Source: Synechococcus sp.
GTDB lineage: Bacteria; Cyanobacteriota; Cyanobacteriia; PCC-6307; Cyanobiaceae
Direction: 5' to 3'
DNA length: 64,000 nt
NCBI GenBank assembly: GCA_047284725.1
Contig: JBJBEO010000001.1
Coordinates: 288,001 to 352,000 of the forward strand
Shown: positions 33,532 to 42,214 of the stretch, piece by piece
How positions within the stretch are numbered: position 1 is the first letter of the stretch
Layout: the number at the start of each line of letters is the position of its first letter
Translations under genes and position numbers: made by a program
Notes under the pieces: generated by a model
What the model was told of the DNA's origin: nothing
The model's input: only the letters and a program-made list of their open reading frames with translations
Databases searched by the model: none

Positions 33532-34023
33532 TTATAACCGACTGAAAACTGACTTTTGCATTAGTCCCATTAGAGCTTTACGATCTTCTTCCCCAACGCG
33601 CATGTCATATACAAATAGTTGGTCGCCTGCTCCACGCTTAATATAAACGTCAACTGGTATCAAATCCCCCCCGATGTTTTTGGCTGAAACGCAGAGTACA
33701 AAATTGTCTTTGTTCTCATGAATAAAAATTTCTGGGTGATGCTTAACTATATACAGCGATTCTACTGCCCCCGTATTATTGTTGAGGTAGGCAAATGATT
33801 CGTCGGCGACTAAAGTCTCTAAAAAATTAAGCATCTTTGAATGTAATGAAAGTTTAAGCCCGCCATTCTCTAATTCTTTGTTGGCAATGTTTTGATTTTC
33901 TGCTAATTGCTCTGTGGGATTTGCTGGACTGGCATCCTCGTCTTTACTGGTTGATTCGCTTTGAAATTCACAGCCCGTTAGCAACAGAATCGCAAGTGCC
34001 AACGATGATTTTGTAAAGCTCAT
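33532..34023 (-). CDS. hypothetical lipoprotein
   Basis: MSFTKSSLALAILLLTGC lipobox; 10 bp upstream of the CHASE4 gene. Confidence 0.75.
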   Translation of the reverse strand: MSFTKSSLALAILLLTGCEFQSESTSKDEDASPANPTEQLAENQNIANKELENGGLKLSLHSKMLNFLETLVADESFAYLNNNTGAVESLYIVKHHPEIFIHENKDNFVLCVSAKNIGGDLIPVDVYIKRGAGDQLFVYDMRVGEEDRKALMGLMQKSVFSRL

Positions 34024-34118
34024 AGATTTTCTTCTAGCATCCTTAGCTATAATAAATGGTTGTTGGCTTAAGGGAGGGCATTGACTTATCTCTTGATCTC
34101 TTCACTTGGCCTTAACCG

Positions 34119-36335
34119 TTGGACTTTAGTCGTTTACACAAATTAAGACGGATCAAATTCTCGGCAGCGCTTCCGTCACTGGTGGGGGTTGTTGTTTTTT
34201 ATACTGTCCTTTTCGCATATTCTGAGTATCAGGCAAAAAATACCTACGACGATTTTTATTCTTCCTCGGCTAGATCGTTGGCATTCGCCAACAAGCTATT
34301 AGGCACCTCTTTAGGTTTTTCTTCGGATAAATTATCCTTGCTTCAGGATAAAAAAGCGAAGGATTTGTTGCGTCTATTGTCTCTAAATGCAAATGCTCAA
34401 TGTCTTTCTATTGAGGGGGAATCATATACGCTTTTTTATCCACCAGGTCAATTTTGCTTTTCTGGAGGTGATCCAATTGTAATTCAGGACAAGCTGCAAA
34501 AATCTTCAGGACTATCTTTGAAATTATACATTGATGGCGAATCTGTTTCTAATGTAGTCGATCAAAATCGTCTTGTTAGCTATATTGGCGGAACTCTTTT
34601 GGTCTTAGGGGCTCTCGCATCTGCTTCAATTTATTCCTATCGCAAAGCATTGAGGCAACGTTATGAGACAGATCGCTTGATTGACAAGATCATTGCATCT
34701 AGTCCGAATCCCTATATTATTGTTGATCAAAACTTTAGGATTGCCTCTATCTCTGATTCCTTGAGCGGTCTTCTCCTCGATACTGCCGATCATCAGAGTA
34801 CTGACAGAGCTCATAATGATTCGTCTGTTGACTTGACATGCTTCTTTTCCTCTGATTCGGCAGAGCGTATTGTGTCTTTTTTGTCTCAATTAAACATAGA
34901 TGAATTTAAGGGTTCGGTGTCTTTGAGGGATTTGAATGTCGCCTTCAAGAAGACCTTGGTTTTTGCTTCATCTATTTCTGTTATACGTAATTCTACGACT
35001 TCTAATTTCTTTTTTAGTCTTTTTGATGAAACACAATCTTCTGTCCAGAAAAGCTATTTAGCTGAGCAGTTGAGTAGAGACTCTCTCACTGGGGCATTCT
35101 CTCGTAGATATTTATTTGAAACCTATGGAGGGGTATCACGCAAAGATCAGTATTGCCTCTTTCTGATAGATCTCGATGACTTTAGGGATATCAACGATTC
35201 TTATGGGCATGATGCTGGTGATCAGCTTTTGTTTGCATTTGCATCGGTCTTGGCTGCGTTTAGTGCTCGTAATCAGGGTGAAGTCTATCGACTTGGTGGT
35301 GATGAGTTTGTTGTTCTGTTGAAGGTTTCCAATGTTAATTTGTTGTCTTCTTTCAGTGAGAGCTTACATGCTTTGTCGGAAATTTCGTTTCTTTATATGG
35401 AGCGTCCAATTAACAACACATTCTCTTTTGGATCAACGGTGTTTGCTTCCTCTGAATGTTTGTCGGATGCGTTGAAGCGTGCGGATGAGGCTCTAATCCA
35501 GGCTAAAAAAAGTGGGAAAAAAGCATATGTCGTGGCTGAAAAAAATAAGTTAATTGATGGCCTTTTCTCCATATCACATCAAGCTAGCCTCAGTCTTACA
35601 GAGACAAAGGAGGCTTTTAACGCTGGCCATCTTGAGTTGTATCTTCAGCCAGTTTTTAATACCGTTTTGAGTTCTTTCGTTGGCTATGAGGCACTTGTCC
35701 GTCTGCATCGTGATAGTCATTTGATTTCTCCTGCTGCTTTTTTGGACTCCTTGTATAAGCTTTCTGCGCGTTCTGATTATGTAATTGATCATTATGATCT
35801 GCTTGCAGATCTATTTGTAAAATTGCCAGATGGTGGTGATTTCTGGATCTCCTATAATGTGAATGAGGTTGACCTTAGTGATAATTGCTTTGAGAGATTG
35901 CTAGATGCTCTCAAATGTCGTACGGGAGACTACAAGGATCGGATTGTACTTGAGATTTCCGAAACTACCTTCCAGGCTACTCAGTATTCATCCTCTCTTT
36001 TGGACCGTATTTCACTCTTGAAGTCTAAGGGCTTTAGGCTCGCACTCGACGATTTTGGTGTTCTCTCGTCGAATATTTTTGCTTTATCAAATTTACCGGT
36101 TGATATTGTCAAGCTTGACAAGTTTTTGGTGACTGGCATTCGCGAGAATCTTAAAAATCAACGGATCATCGAGTCGTTAAGGTCTCTCTCTGAATCTCTT
36201 GATTTTGAATTGATAGCTGAAGGCATTGAGTCCACTGACGAAGCAGCCTGTTTGGAAGGTTTGGGCATCGTGCTGCATCAGGGCTTTCTCTATGGGAGAC
36301 CATCACCCATTACCGATTTCCTCTCGTCCATGTAG
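34119..36335 (+). CDS. membrane-bound GGDEF-EAL protein (diguanylate cyclase/phosphodiesterase) with PAS-like segment
   Basis: Two TMs, PAS-like region, DSLTG, DLDDF..INDSYGHDAGD, RLGGDEF, YLQP, GYEALVR, LALDDFG, VKLDK, AEGIE, QGFLYGRP. Confidence 0.93.
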   Translation: MDFSRLHKLRRIKFSAALPSLVGVVVFYTVLFAYSEYQAKNTYDDFYSSSARSLAFANKLLGTSLGFSSDKLSLLQDKKAKDLLRLLSLNANAQCLSIEGESYTLFYPPGQFCFSGGDPIVIQDKLQKSSGLSLKLYIDGESVSNVVDQNRLVSYIGGTLLVLGALASASIYSYRKALRQRYETDRLIDKIIASSPNPYIIVDQNFRIASISDSLSGLLLDTADHQSTDRAHNDSSVDLTCFFSSDSAERIVSFLSQLNIDEFKGSVSLRDLNVAFKKTLVFASSISVIRNSTTSNFFFSLFDETQSSVQKSYLAEQLSRDSLTGAFSRRYLFETYGGVSRKDQYCLFLIDLDDFRDINDSYGHDAGDQLLFAFASVLAAFSARNQGEVYRLGGDEFVVLLKVSNVNLLSSFSESLHALSEISFLYMERPINNTFSFGSTVFASSECLSDALKRADEALIQAKKSGKKAYVVAEKNKLIDGLFSISHQASLSLTETKEAFNAGHLELYLQPVFNTVLSSFVGYEALVRLHRDSHLISPAAFLDSLYKLSARSDYVIDHYDLLADLFVKLPDGGDFWISYNVNEVDLSDNCFERLLDALKCRTGDYKDRIVLEISETTFQATQYSSSLLDRISLLKSKGFRLALDDFGVLSSNIFALSNLPVDIVKLDKFLVTGIRENLKNQRIIESLRSLSESLDFELIAEGIESTDEAACLEGLGIVLHQGFLYGRPSPITDFLSSM

Positions 36336-36461
36336 TGGGCTGTATGTGGAGAATATTTTCTTTTCTAAATTTTCCACTTGCTCGTTGTTGATGGCTGGTC
36401 AGATTCACCGGTAAGTTTGTATCCTGGATATCTTACTCTTGCAAGATTCACCCAGCTCAAA

Positions 36462-36600
36462 TCAGTCTCTCTCCATTCTGCTGGCGCACTGTTCACTGAA
36501 GTGTCCGCTGCATCCGTGCGGCGACTCCGACTTCCTCCCAATGCCAGACCCATTCCATCTCGTGCATGATGAAGGCAGCGAATTGGGTTGATCCGATCAT
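36462..36600 (-). pseudogene. second, degraded copy of the PLD gene 3' end
   Basis: 26-bp identity ctgaagtgtccgctgcatccgtgcgg with the PLD 3' region near 38464; translates MIGSTQFAAFIMHEMEWVWHWEEVGVAARMQRTLQ, aligning with IIESPQLAKHFTREMDRLWRGAELGITARMQRTLQ. Confidence 0.8.
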
Positions 36601-36806
36601 GCGCTTAATGAAGTTTTTTGAGGGATCTGCAGATGCATGACCATCAAAGCATATCTTCGTAATTGTCCAATAAGATAATTTTTAAGTATTTACCCCTACA
36701 GCTTTAGGTGTATTACGCAAAGAAAAAAAATTTATAGCAAACCTTTTTCTTGTTTTTTCGTGCGGGCTTGGGCTATTGTCTTAAATGAGACTAGTGGATT
36801 GATGAC

Positions 36807-38300
36807 GTGAGTACTCTCCCGCGGCTGTCTTCCAAGCTCTGCATATCTGCTGCTATTGCTGTAACTGGAATCGGCTTCAGCCTACTCATCGCTCGCAGAA
36901 CATATGACCTCATTTATCCCTCATTGCGTTCTTTGGGTAATACAACAACAAGCTACCTTTCCACTTGGAATTGCAAAAAAACGCACGAGCTTCTTTCTGA
37001 GTTAACAGTGCATCGCTTAAGGGCTCAAAATCACCAATCACATGCTGGACATGGCGATACCATCCCCGCAGTTGATGTCATTTTGGGAACATACTCGCCC
37101 ATGGATGGTAGAGTTAGTGATTTTCATTCCTTAGTACCAGCCTCTCGGCAGTCTGTGCAGATTATTGAGTCGTTTATTGGCAAAGATAAGTTAGACGCTA
37201 ATGCTGACAAGATTCATGATCATTCCGACACTACTGCAACGTCTTCTCGTCCATCAGTAGAAATTTCACCTATTATATCTGCTCCTAATAAATATCTCTC
37301 TGAGTCGGCTTGTGAGCAGTTAAAGCATGGGCTTTCTCCTCAAAATGTACATATTTATGCACTGGACTTTGCTCAATTTGAAGCTCTTGCGCAAGATCCA
37401 CGCGCCGATGACACCTGGATGCTCTTCCTGTATGGACCTTGGCAAGATTCTCGCGGTAAACCAAGTTACTCTTTCGCAATCTCAAGAATATCACCTCATT
37501 ACGTAGAGATAAACGGAAAACGAACGCCTCTCAGGTCACTCCTCCCAGCGGGAGCAGGCGAGGTGTCTGTACAAGTCAATGTGGTCCCAATTGATAGTGC
37601 TAAGACATCTGCTCGCCTTGTTAAAGCCTTCCCTTTCCTTCTAGATTCAGAAGATACGTTGAGTTCACATAAAATTCTCCCATTTGCAAATAACATATAT
37701 TCAATTTCTTCTGCTGTTTCGTCTGACTCTTTTGAAAAAGCGTCTATTGGTGCATCCCTGCCTTTTGCAATATTAGGTGTTCTGATGTCTTTGGCGATTG
37801 CCGCTTTGGTCTACAGGCTGCAGTCATACTTTGAAAGTCGGCACGACCTTGTTCTTGCCGAAAGTCGAACTGACAACTTAACCAAAATACCAAACAGGCG
37901 GTCTTGGGATGAGCGTTTGAAATCTTCTGAACTTCAGCGTTTGAATTCAAAAAGACAGTTTCATGTTATTGTTGTTGACCTGAATGCTTTTAAGGAGATC
38001 AATGATTCACTGGGCCATGAGTATGGTGATCAGTTGCTGCAAAAAGCATCTGGTTCTTTGGCCTCTGTGTTGAGAGGTGAAGAGGATTTTGTTGCACGTT
38101 TAGGCGGTGACGAATTTGGTTTGATTTTTAGTGGGACTGAGGTTTCGCCTGAGGCATTAACAGCCAGAGTCAAGAAGCAATTGAAGGACGATAAAATCAA
38201 CGCAGCCGTGGGAATCGGTTCTACTTCCATTCAGCGTTCTGTTCATGATGCCTGGTCTGATGCTGATAAGGGAATGTATGTCGACAAGAAAGCGATTTGA
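36807..38300 (+). CDS. membrane-bound diguanylate cyclase (sensor-GGDEF)
   Basis: TM-sensor-TM, TDNLTKIPNRR, DLNAFKEINDSLGHEYGD, RLGGDEF, ADKGMY. Confidence 0.92.
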   Translation: MSTLPRLSSKLCISAAIAVTGIGFSLLIARRTYDLIYPSLRSLGNTTTSYLSTWNCKKTHELLSELTVHRLRAQNHQSHAGHGDTIPAVDVILGTYSPMDGRVSDFHSLVPASRQSVQIIESFIGKDKLDANADKIHDHSDTTATSSRPSVEISPIISAPNKYLSESACEQLKHGLSPQNVHIYALDFAQFEALAQDPRADDTWMLFLYGPWQDSRGKPSYSFAISRISPHYVEINGKRTPLRSLLPAGAGEVSVQVNVVPIDSAKTSARLVKAFPFLLDSEDTLSSHKILPFANNIYSISSAVSSDSFEKASIGASLPFAILGVLMSLAIAALVYRLQSYFESRHDLVLAESRTDNLTKIPNRRSWDERLKSSELQRLNSKRQFHVIVVDLNAFKEINDSLGHEYGDQLLQKASGSLASVLRGEEDFVARLGGDEFGLIFSGTEVSPEALTARVKKQLKDDKINAAVGIGSTSIQRSVHDAWSDADKGMYVDKKAI

Positions 38301-38421
38301 GTAGTTGTGGATCTGTTGTTTAATGGCTGTCGTCGCGTCCTGACAACCAAGTACGCTGCTTTGCCCTTTTCTTTGTGACGAGTTTTGCGGATCATTTCTT
38401 TAGGTCAATGCCCGAGCCAAC

Positions 38422-39840
38422 TCATCCCCTCCGGGTCCCACTGCCGCATTGCTCCCGTCGTCGCTGAAGTGTCCGCTGCATCCGTGCGGTGATGCCAAGT
38501 TCCGCCCCACGCCAGAGGCGGTCCATCTCACGGGTGAAGTGTTTGGCGAGTTGGGGTGACTCGATGATCAGGAGCGTTTCATCGTTGGTGTGGGCTGCGG
38601 ACGGGCTCCAGTTGAACGATCCTGTGATCACGGTTTTGTTATCGATCACGGCGAACTTGTGGTGCAGCTTGTCGCCGTGGGCGAGACGTGGGGTGCCGAC
38701 ACCCTTGAGGGGGCGTTCCAAGGGTTTGTTCCCTGCCTCCAGTTTGCAGAAGCGGTCGGGCATGGAGAGGCCAAGGAGATCAAGCACCTCTGAGAACGGC
38801 CGGCTTGCAAAGCCTGGATCGGCCAAGAGCCGCACGTCGGTGCCTTCATCGATTTTGTCGGCCAAGGTGTCCGTCAGCTCCTGGGCGGAAAAGACAAACA
38901 ACGCCAGATCGATGCTGTGCCTGGCTTGGTTGAGTTCATGCTTGATCAGGTGAAGGCCGTGCTTGGGATTGTGTCTGGCATGGGGAGCAAACAGCACGGT
39001 GATACGGCTGTCTACAACCCTCACGGTTGCTCCGTTGGGATCCCCTTTGCCGCGGCCAAAACGGCTGTTCTCAAGTCCGCCGGGGCCATCGCCCCACATC
39101 CGGTTGAACTCAGTCGTGAAGACGGCGGCCAAGGCAGCACTGTCGATCCGCAGCAGGTGGTTGACGTTGCCGCGGGTGCGAGGTGCTCCGGCATCGCCAT
39201 GCATGCCGGAGCTCGTGAAGTTGGCGCTGCCGCTGATCACCACCCGTTGATCCACCACCACGAACTTGTGGTGCATGAGACCACTTCCCTTGCTGCCGTC
39301 TTCGGTGTCGTCGATTCTGGGCACGGAACCACGGTCGAGCTGAGCCAAGGCATCTCCTTGTTGCTCTTCGTCTGTGGTGATGAGCCCATTGCCATCGCTG
39401 TCGGCGAGTTGACGCAGTCGGTGCAGGCGTCGCCGTTCGTGCTTGTTGAGATCGCTTTCATGGAGGTCGCTCCACGGGGTGCTGTACGTGTTCTCCAGCA
39501 CGACGCGGACATCAACGCCCCGTTGCTGGGCCCGGACGAGGGCCTCGGCGATGGCCGGAAGGCTGAGCTCTTGCACTGCAACGAAGCAGTCTTTCTCGGC
39601 GGCATCGATCGCATCGATCACCATTTGCTCGAGATTGTCGCCGTTGCGCCAGTGGCCATCGAGGGGGCTGCGATAGCGGCTTCCATCACGGTGGTTGAAC
39701 GCCAAGGTGATGTGGTCGGGTAGTGGCGGATCGTCCGCAGCTCTACCGAGCAGCTCCCCGGGTTGGCTGCAACCAACACACAGCAAGGGAAGCAAGGCGA
39801 GAAGAGCCGTCCTCAGTGTGCCTGTCGTGTTGTGGTTCAT
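38422..39840 (-). CDS. phospholipase D-family (Nuc-like) nuclease lipoprotein, related to the cyanobacterial ComA N-terminal region
   Basis: Lipobox LCVGC; two HKD motifs (MHHKFVVVD..GSANF; LHHKFAVID..GSFNW); no C-terminal HhH domain seen. Confidence 0.88.
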   Translation of the reverse strand: MNHNTTGTLRTALLALLPLLCVGCSQPGELLGRAADDPPLPDHITLAFNHRDGSRYRSPLDGHWRNGDNLEQMVIDAIDAAEKDCFVAVQELSLPAIAEALVRAQQRGVDVRVVLENTYSTPWSDLHESDLNKHERRRLHRLRQLADSDGNGLITTDEEQQGDALAQLDRGSVPRIDDTEDGSKGSGLMHHKFVVVDQRVVISGSANFTSSGMHGDAGAPRTRGNVNHLLRIDSAALAAVFTTEFNRMWGDGPGGLENSRFGRGKGDPNGATVRVVDSRITVLFAPHARHNPKHGLHLIKHELNQARHSIDLALFVFSAQELTDTLADKIDEGTDVRLLADPGFASRPFSEVLDLLGLSMPDRFCKLEAGNKPLERPLKGVGTPRLAHGDKLHHKFAVIDNKTVITGSFNWSPSAAHTNDETLLIIESPQLAKHFTREMDRLWRGAELGITARMQRTLQRRREQCGSGTRRG

Positions 39841-39918
39841 CGGATCCCGCACCCCTGAGAGGATCATTCCCCGCAGCATCCTGGAGGGATCAGGGTGACT
39901 CGCTGACCCGTGGGGCCA

Positions 39919-40107
39919 TCAGTGCGGCATCTCTGCTGTGAGAAGCATCGCCACAAACCAGAGGGTGCTTAGGACGAGGGCAACGCCGACGCCGGCACCA
40001 ATGCCAACCCTCGCGATGGTGAGGGGCACCGCAAGAGGAAAGGCCATCGCCCCGACAAGCGGAGTGATGGCCACGATCCAACGCAGAGTTGAACGTTCGC
40101 TGTTCAT
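39919..40107 (-). CDS. small two-TM hypothetical protein
   Basis: Hydrophobic 62-aa ORF co-oriented in the operon. Confidence 0.65.
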   Translation of the reverse strand: MNSERSTLRWIVAITPLVGAMAFPLAVPLTIARVGIGAGVGVALVLSTLWFVAMLLTAEMPH

Positions 40108-40111
40108 AAAG

Positions 40112-41203
40112 TTAAAACCATTCTAATTGAGTTTCGCTCGCCGGATTGGTGTTGTCTTCCGGTGTGACGCGCTCGAAGTTGAGCGTGATGTTTCGCGTCT
40201 GTTCGCCATCAGCTGCAGTCGCTTCAATCGGGTACAGCTGTTTGCCATCGCGGAAGGGCACCTGAATCCGGAAGGTGCCATCGCTGGACAGGGGCACATC
40301 CTCTCCTCCGATGGTGAGACGGGCGGAAGGATCGGTGGCGCCGTAAACGATCAGTTCAGCATCGGCAATCAGCCAGAACGAGCGCTGACGAGGAGCGACA
40401 CCGCCAAGGCCTGATTCGTTGCGGCCACTTGCCCACAGGCCAGCGCCGGAATCACTCAGGCCCCGTTGATCACTGCCGAGGCCTTCCTGCTCGTGCAGCA
40501 CCTCTGAGCCGACCCGACGGCTGCGGAAGTGCGTGGTGGCGGTTTGATAGAGACGTTCATGCAATCCACTGTCCGTTGATTCGGTGGGCTTCACCTGGAC
40601 AGGCGCAGGCGCAGCGGCCGCTGGGGTGGAGTCGAGGCTGAAGGGCACGAACTGGTCAAGGATCTGTTCGCTTGGGTGCAGTGCAGGAACGCGAGCGATC
40701 GAAGAGAAGGCCAGGGACATCCAGGTTGAACCAGCCCTGTAACCGAGTTCAACGCGATAGTCGCGATCACAGAGGGGAACCGGGAGGTACCACTCGGTGC
40801 TGTGACTGTCGACGGGAACTTCCTGCAGAGTGTGGGGGTGGGAGCTGCCGTCTTGGATCCCGGTCACGTCGGCCAGGCGCAGGCTGAGATGACCGGCGCC
40901 ATCGGCCTGGGCACGCTTGCGATCGGTGTCGGCGATTTCCCAGAACACGTAGGCCCACTGGGGATCGCGGGGAAGAAAGACAACTCGGGTCGACGCTTCG
41001 ATGTGACTGGGCGCAGAGGACGCCAATTCGATGGGTTCTTCATCGACCACCTTGCGCTCTTGGCGCTCAGCGATGGCGGACACCAAAGCGTCCTTGCTTT
41101 TGCGGCTGTAGAGCGTCACGCCCAGATCGCTGGCCATTTGGCGCAGTTGACGCAGTGTGAGGCGGGCCAACGAAGACAGTGCTTGCGTCACGAAAGGAGT
41201 CAA
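40112..41203 (-). CDS. DUF4912 family protein with Rho-N-like N-terminal domain
   Basis: LTLRQLRQMAS..YSRKSK, LPRDPQWAYVFWE, FWLIADAELIVYGAT. Confidence 0.85.
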   Translation of the reverse strand: MTPFVTQALSSLARLTLRQLRQMASDLGVTLYSRKSKDALVSAIAERQERKVVDEEPIELASSAPSHIEASTRVVFLPRDPQWAYVFWEIADTDRKRAQADGAGHLSLRLADVTGIQDGSSHPHTLQEVPVDSHSTEWYLPVPLCDRDYRVELGYRAGSTWMSLAFSSIARVPALHPSEQILDQFVPFSLDSTPAAAAPAPVQVKPTESTDSGLHERLYQTATTHFRSRRVGSEVLHEQEGLGSDQRGLSDSGAGLWASGRNESGLGGVAPRQRSFWLIADAELIVYGATDPSARLTIGGEDVPLSSDGTFRIQVPFRDGKQLYPIEATAADGEQTRNITLNFERVTPEDNTNPASETQLEWF

Positions 41204-41302
41204 CCAGGTTTCTTTGGGATCAGTCTGCGTGAAACCTCTCCGTTTCGATCACCTTGCTGCCGCAGGGTCAGAGGATCCTGACCACCGCACCTCTGCAGAC
41301 GC

Positions 41303-41331
41303 AAAAAAAACGGGGGCTCAAAGCCCCCGTT
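41303..41331 (-). terminator. rho-independent terminator after cpcG
   Basis: aacgggggct-caa-agcccccgtt stem with A-run on + (U-run on -). Confidence 0.85.
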
Positions 41332-41353
41332 GTGTGGATATTTCCGCCGAGAT

Positions 41354-42121
41354 TCAGCGGCCGACGCTGCGATATGGAACTTTCGCCATGTAGTCCATGT
41401 CGGTATTGCTGTTGGGGGATGCTGCTCGGGCGTTGGCGATGCCGGCCACCCAGCCCATGTAATCCGCCGGTGCTCCACCACGCTTGATCTTGGCGCGGGC
41501 AGGCAGGGCTTTGGCCGTACCCGTGAACACGATTTGGGGGAAGCCGAAGATGCCGCGGTAGTACTCGTCGTAGCGCGGGGTGGCGATGTTGAAAGGCGTC
41601 TCGCCCAGGTCACGGCCAGGAAGGACCCGGTTGCGTTGGTAGGGAACCGTGTCGTAGCCGAAGGCATCGAGGTACTCCTGGCTATCGAGGAGCACATCGA
41701 CCAGGCCCTCGAGGCCCTTGCTGGCGATCACGATGGACCAGGACAGCTCTTCGCCCTTGCCGTTCACCTTGCGGCCGAGGATCCGCTCGCAGAGGTGGCG
41801 GACCACCTTGTAGTTGCTGTTGAAGCCGTAGAAGCTGCGCTTGAAGGTGTCGGACAGCACCAACCCACGGATGAAATCACGCACCGTGATCTGGCCATCA
41901 CGGAGCTGGGACTCGAGATTCACATCCCGATCGGTTTTGAAGGCGTGGAAGAAGATCTGGCGGTAGGCGCTTTCGATCACCGTCTTCAGATTGTCCGCAT
42001 CCATGGCGATCTCCATGGAGTAGGCCCTGGATCCCTCGTCAGAGCCGATGCGGATGTTCGGAACTCCTGTTCTGAGGGAGTTCTGAGTGATCGGCGCGTA
42101 CTTCAGAAGAGGAATGGCCAC
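41354..42121 (-). CDS. cpcG: phycobilisome rod-core linker polypeptide
   Basis: (M)AIPLLKYAP, AYRQIFFH, LESQLRDGQITVRDFIRGL, VPYQRNR; GTG start. Confidence 0.95.
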   Translation of the reverse strand: MAIPLLKYAPITQNSLRTGVPNIRIGSDEGSRAYSMEIAMDADNLKTVIESAYRQIFFHAFKTDRDVNLESQLRDGQITVRDFIRGLVLSDTFKRSFYGFNSNYKVVRHLCERILGRKVNGKGEELSWSIVIASKGLEGLVDVLLDSQEYLDAFGYDTVPYQRNRVLPGRDLGETPFNIATPRYDEYYRGIFGFPQIVFTGTAKALPARAKIKRGGAPADYMGWVAGIANARAASPNSNTDMDYMAKVPYRSVGR

Positions 42122-42214
42122 GCGAGCTTCAACGCACACTGAGCCGGACTGTAAATCGAGGCTCAGAGTCGTCTCCTGACTTGCCTGAAAAGCGATTACA
42201 GACCGTAATAATTA

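Larger units (their letters stand above)
27240..38421. mobile_element. genomic island downstream of the PLD/ComA-like gene (left boundary approximate)
   Basis: Visible shift to AT-richer sequence, integrase, repeated PLD 3' ends, non-core cargo; right edge fixed by PLD stop at 38422. Confidence 0.85.
31462..38663. mobile_element. ~7.2-kb integrative element inserted in the PLD gene
   Basis: Bounded by 22-bp direct repeat tcgatcacggcgaacttgtggt (31462-31483 and 38642-38663); integrase immediately inside the left copy. Confidence 0.85.

Noticed and set aside
39261..39275. 15-bp match (cgaacttgtggtgca) between the two HKD-coding regions of the PLD gene as a second att site
   Set aside because: Explained by the shared HHKF coding constraint; there is no flanking evidence of insertion.
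38422..39840. PLD plus GGDEF genes as a CBASS-like or other nucleotide-signalling defence operon
   Set aside because: The PLD is an exported lipoprotein with host-like composition that converges on the cyclase gene; the adjacency is explained by its role as the integration target.
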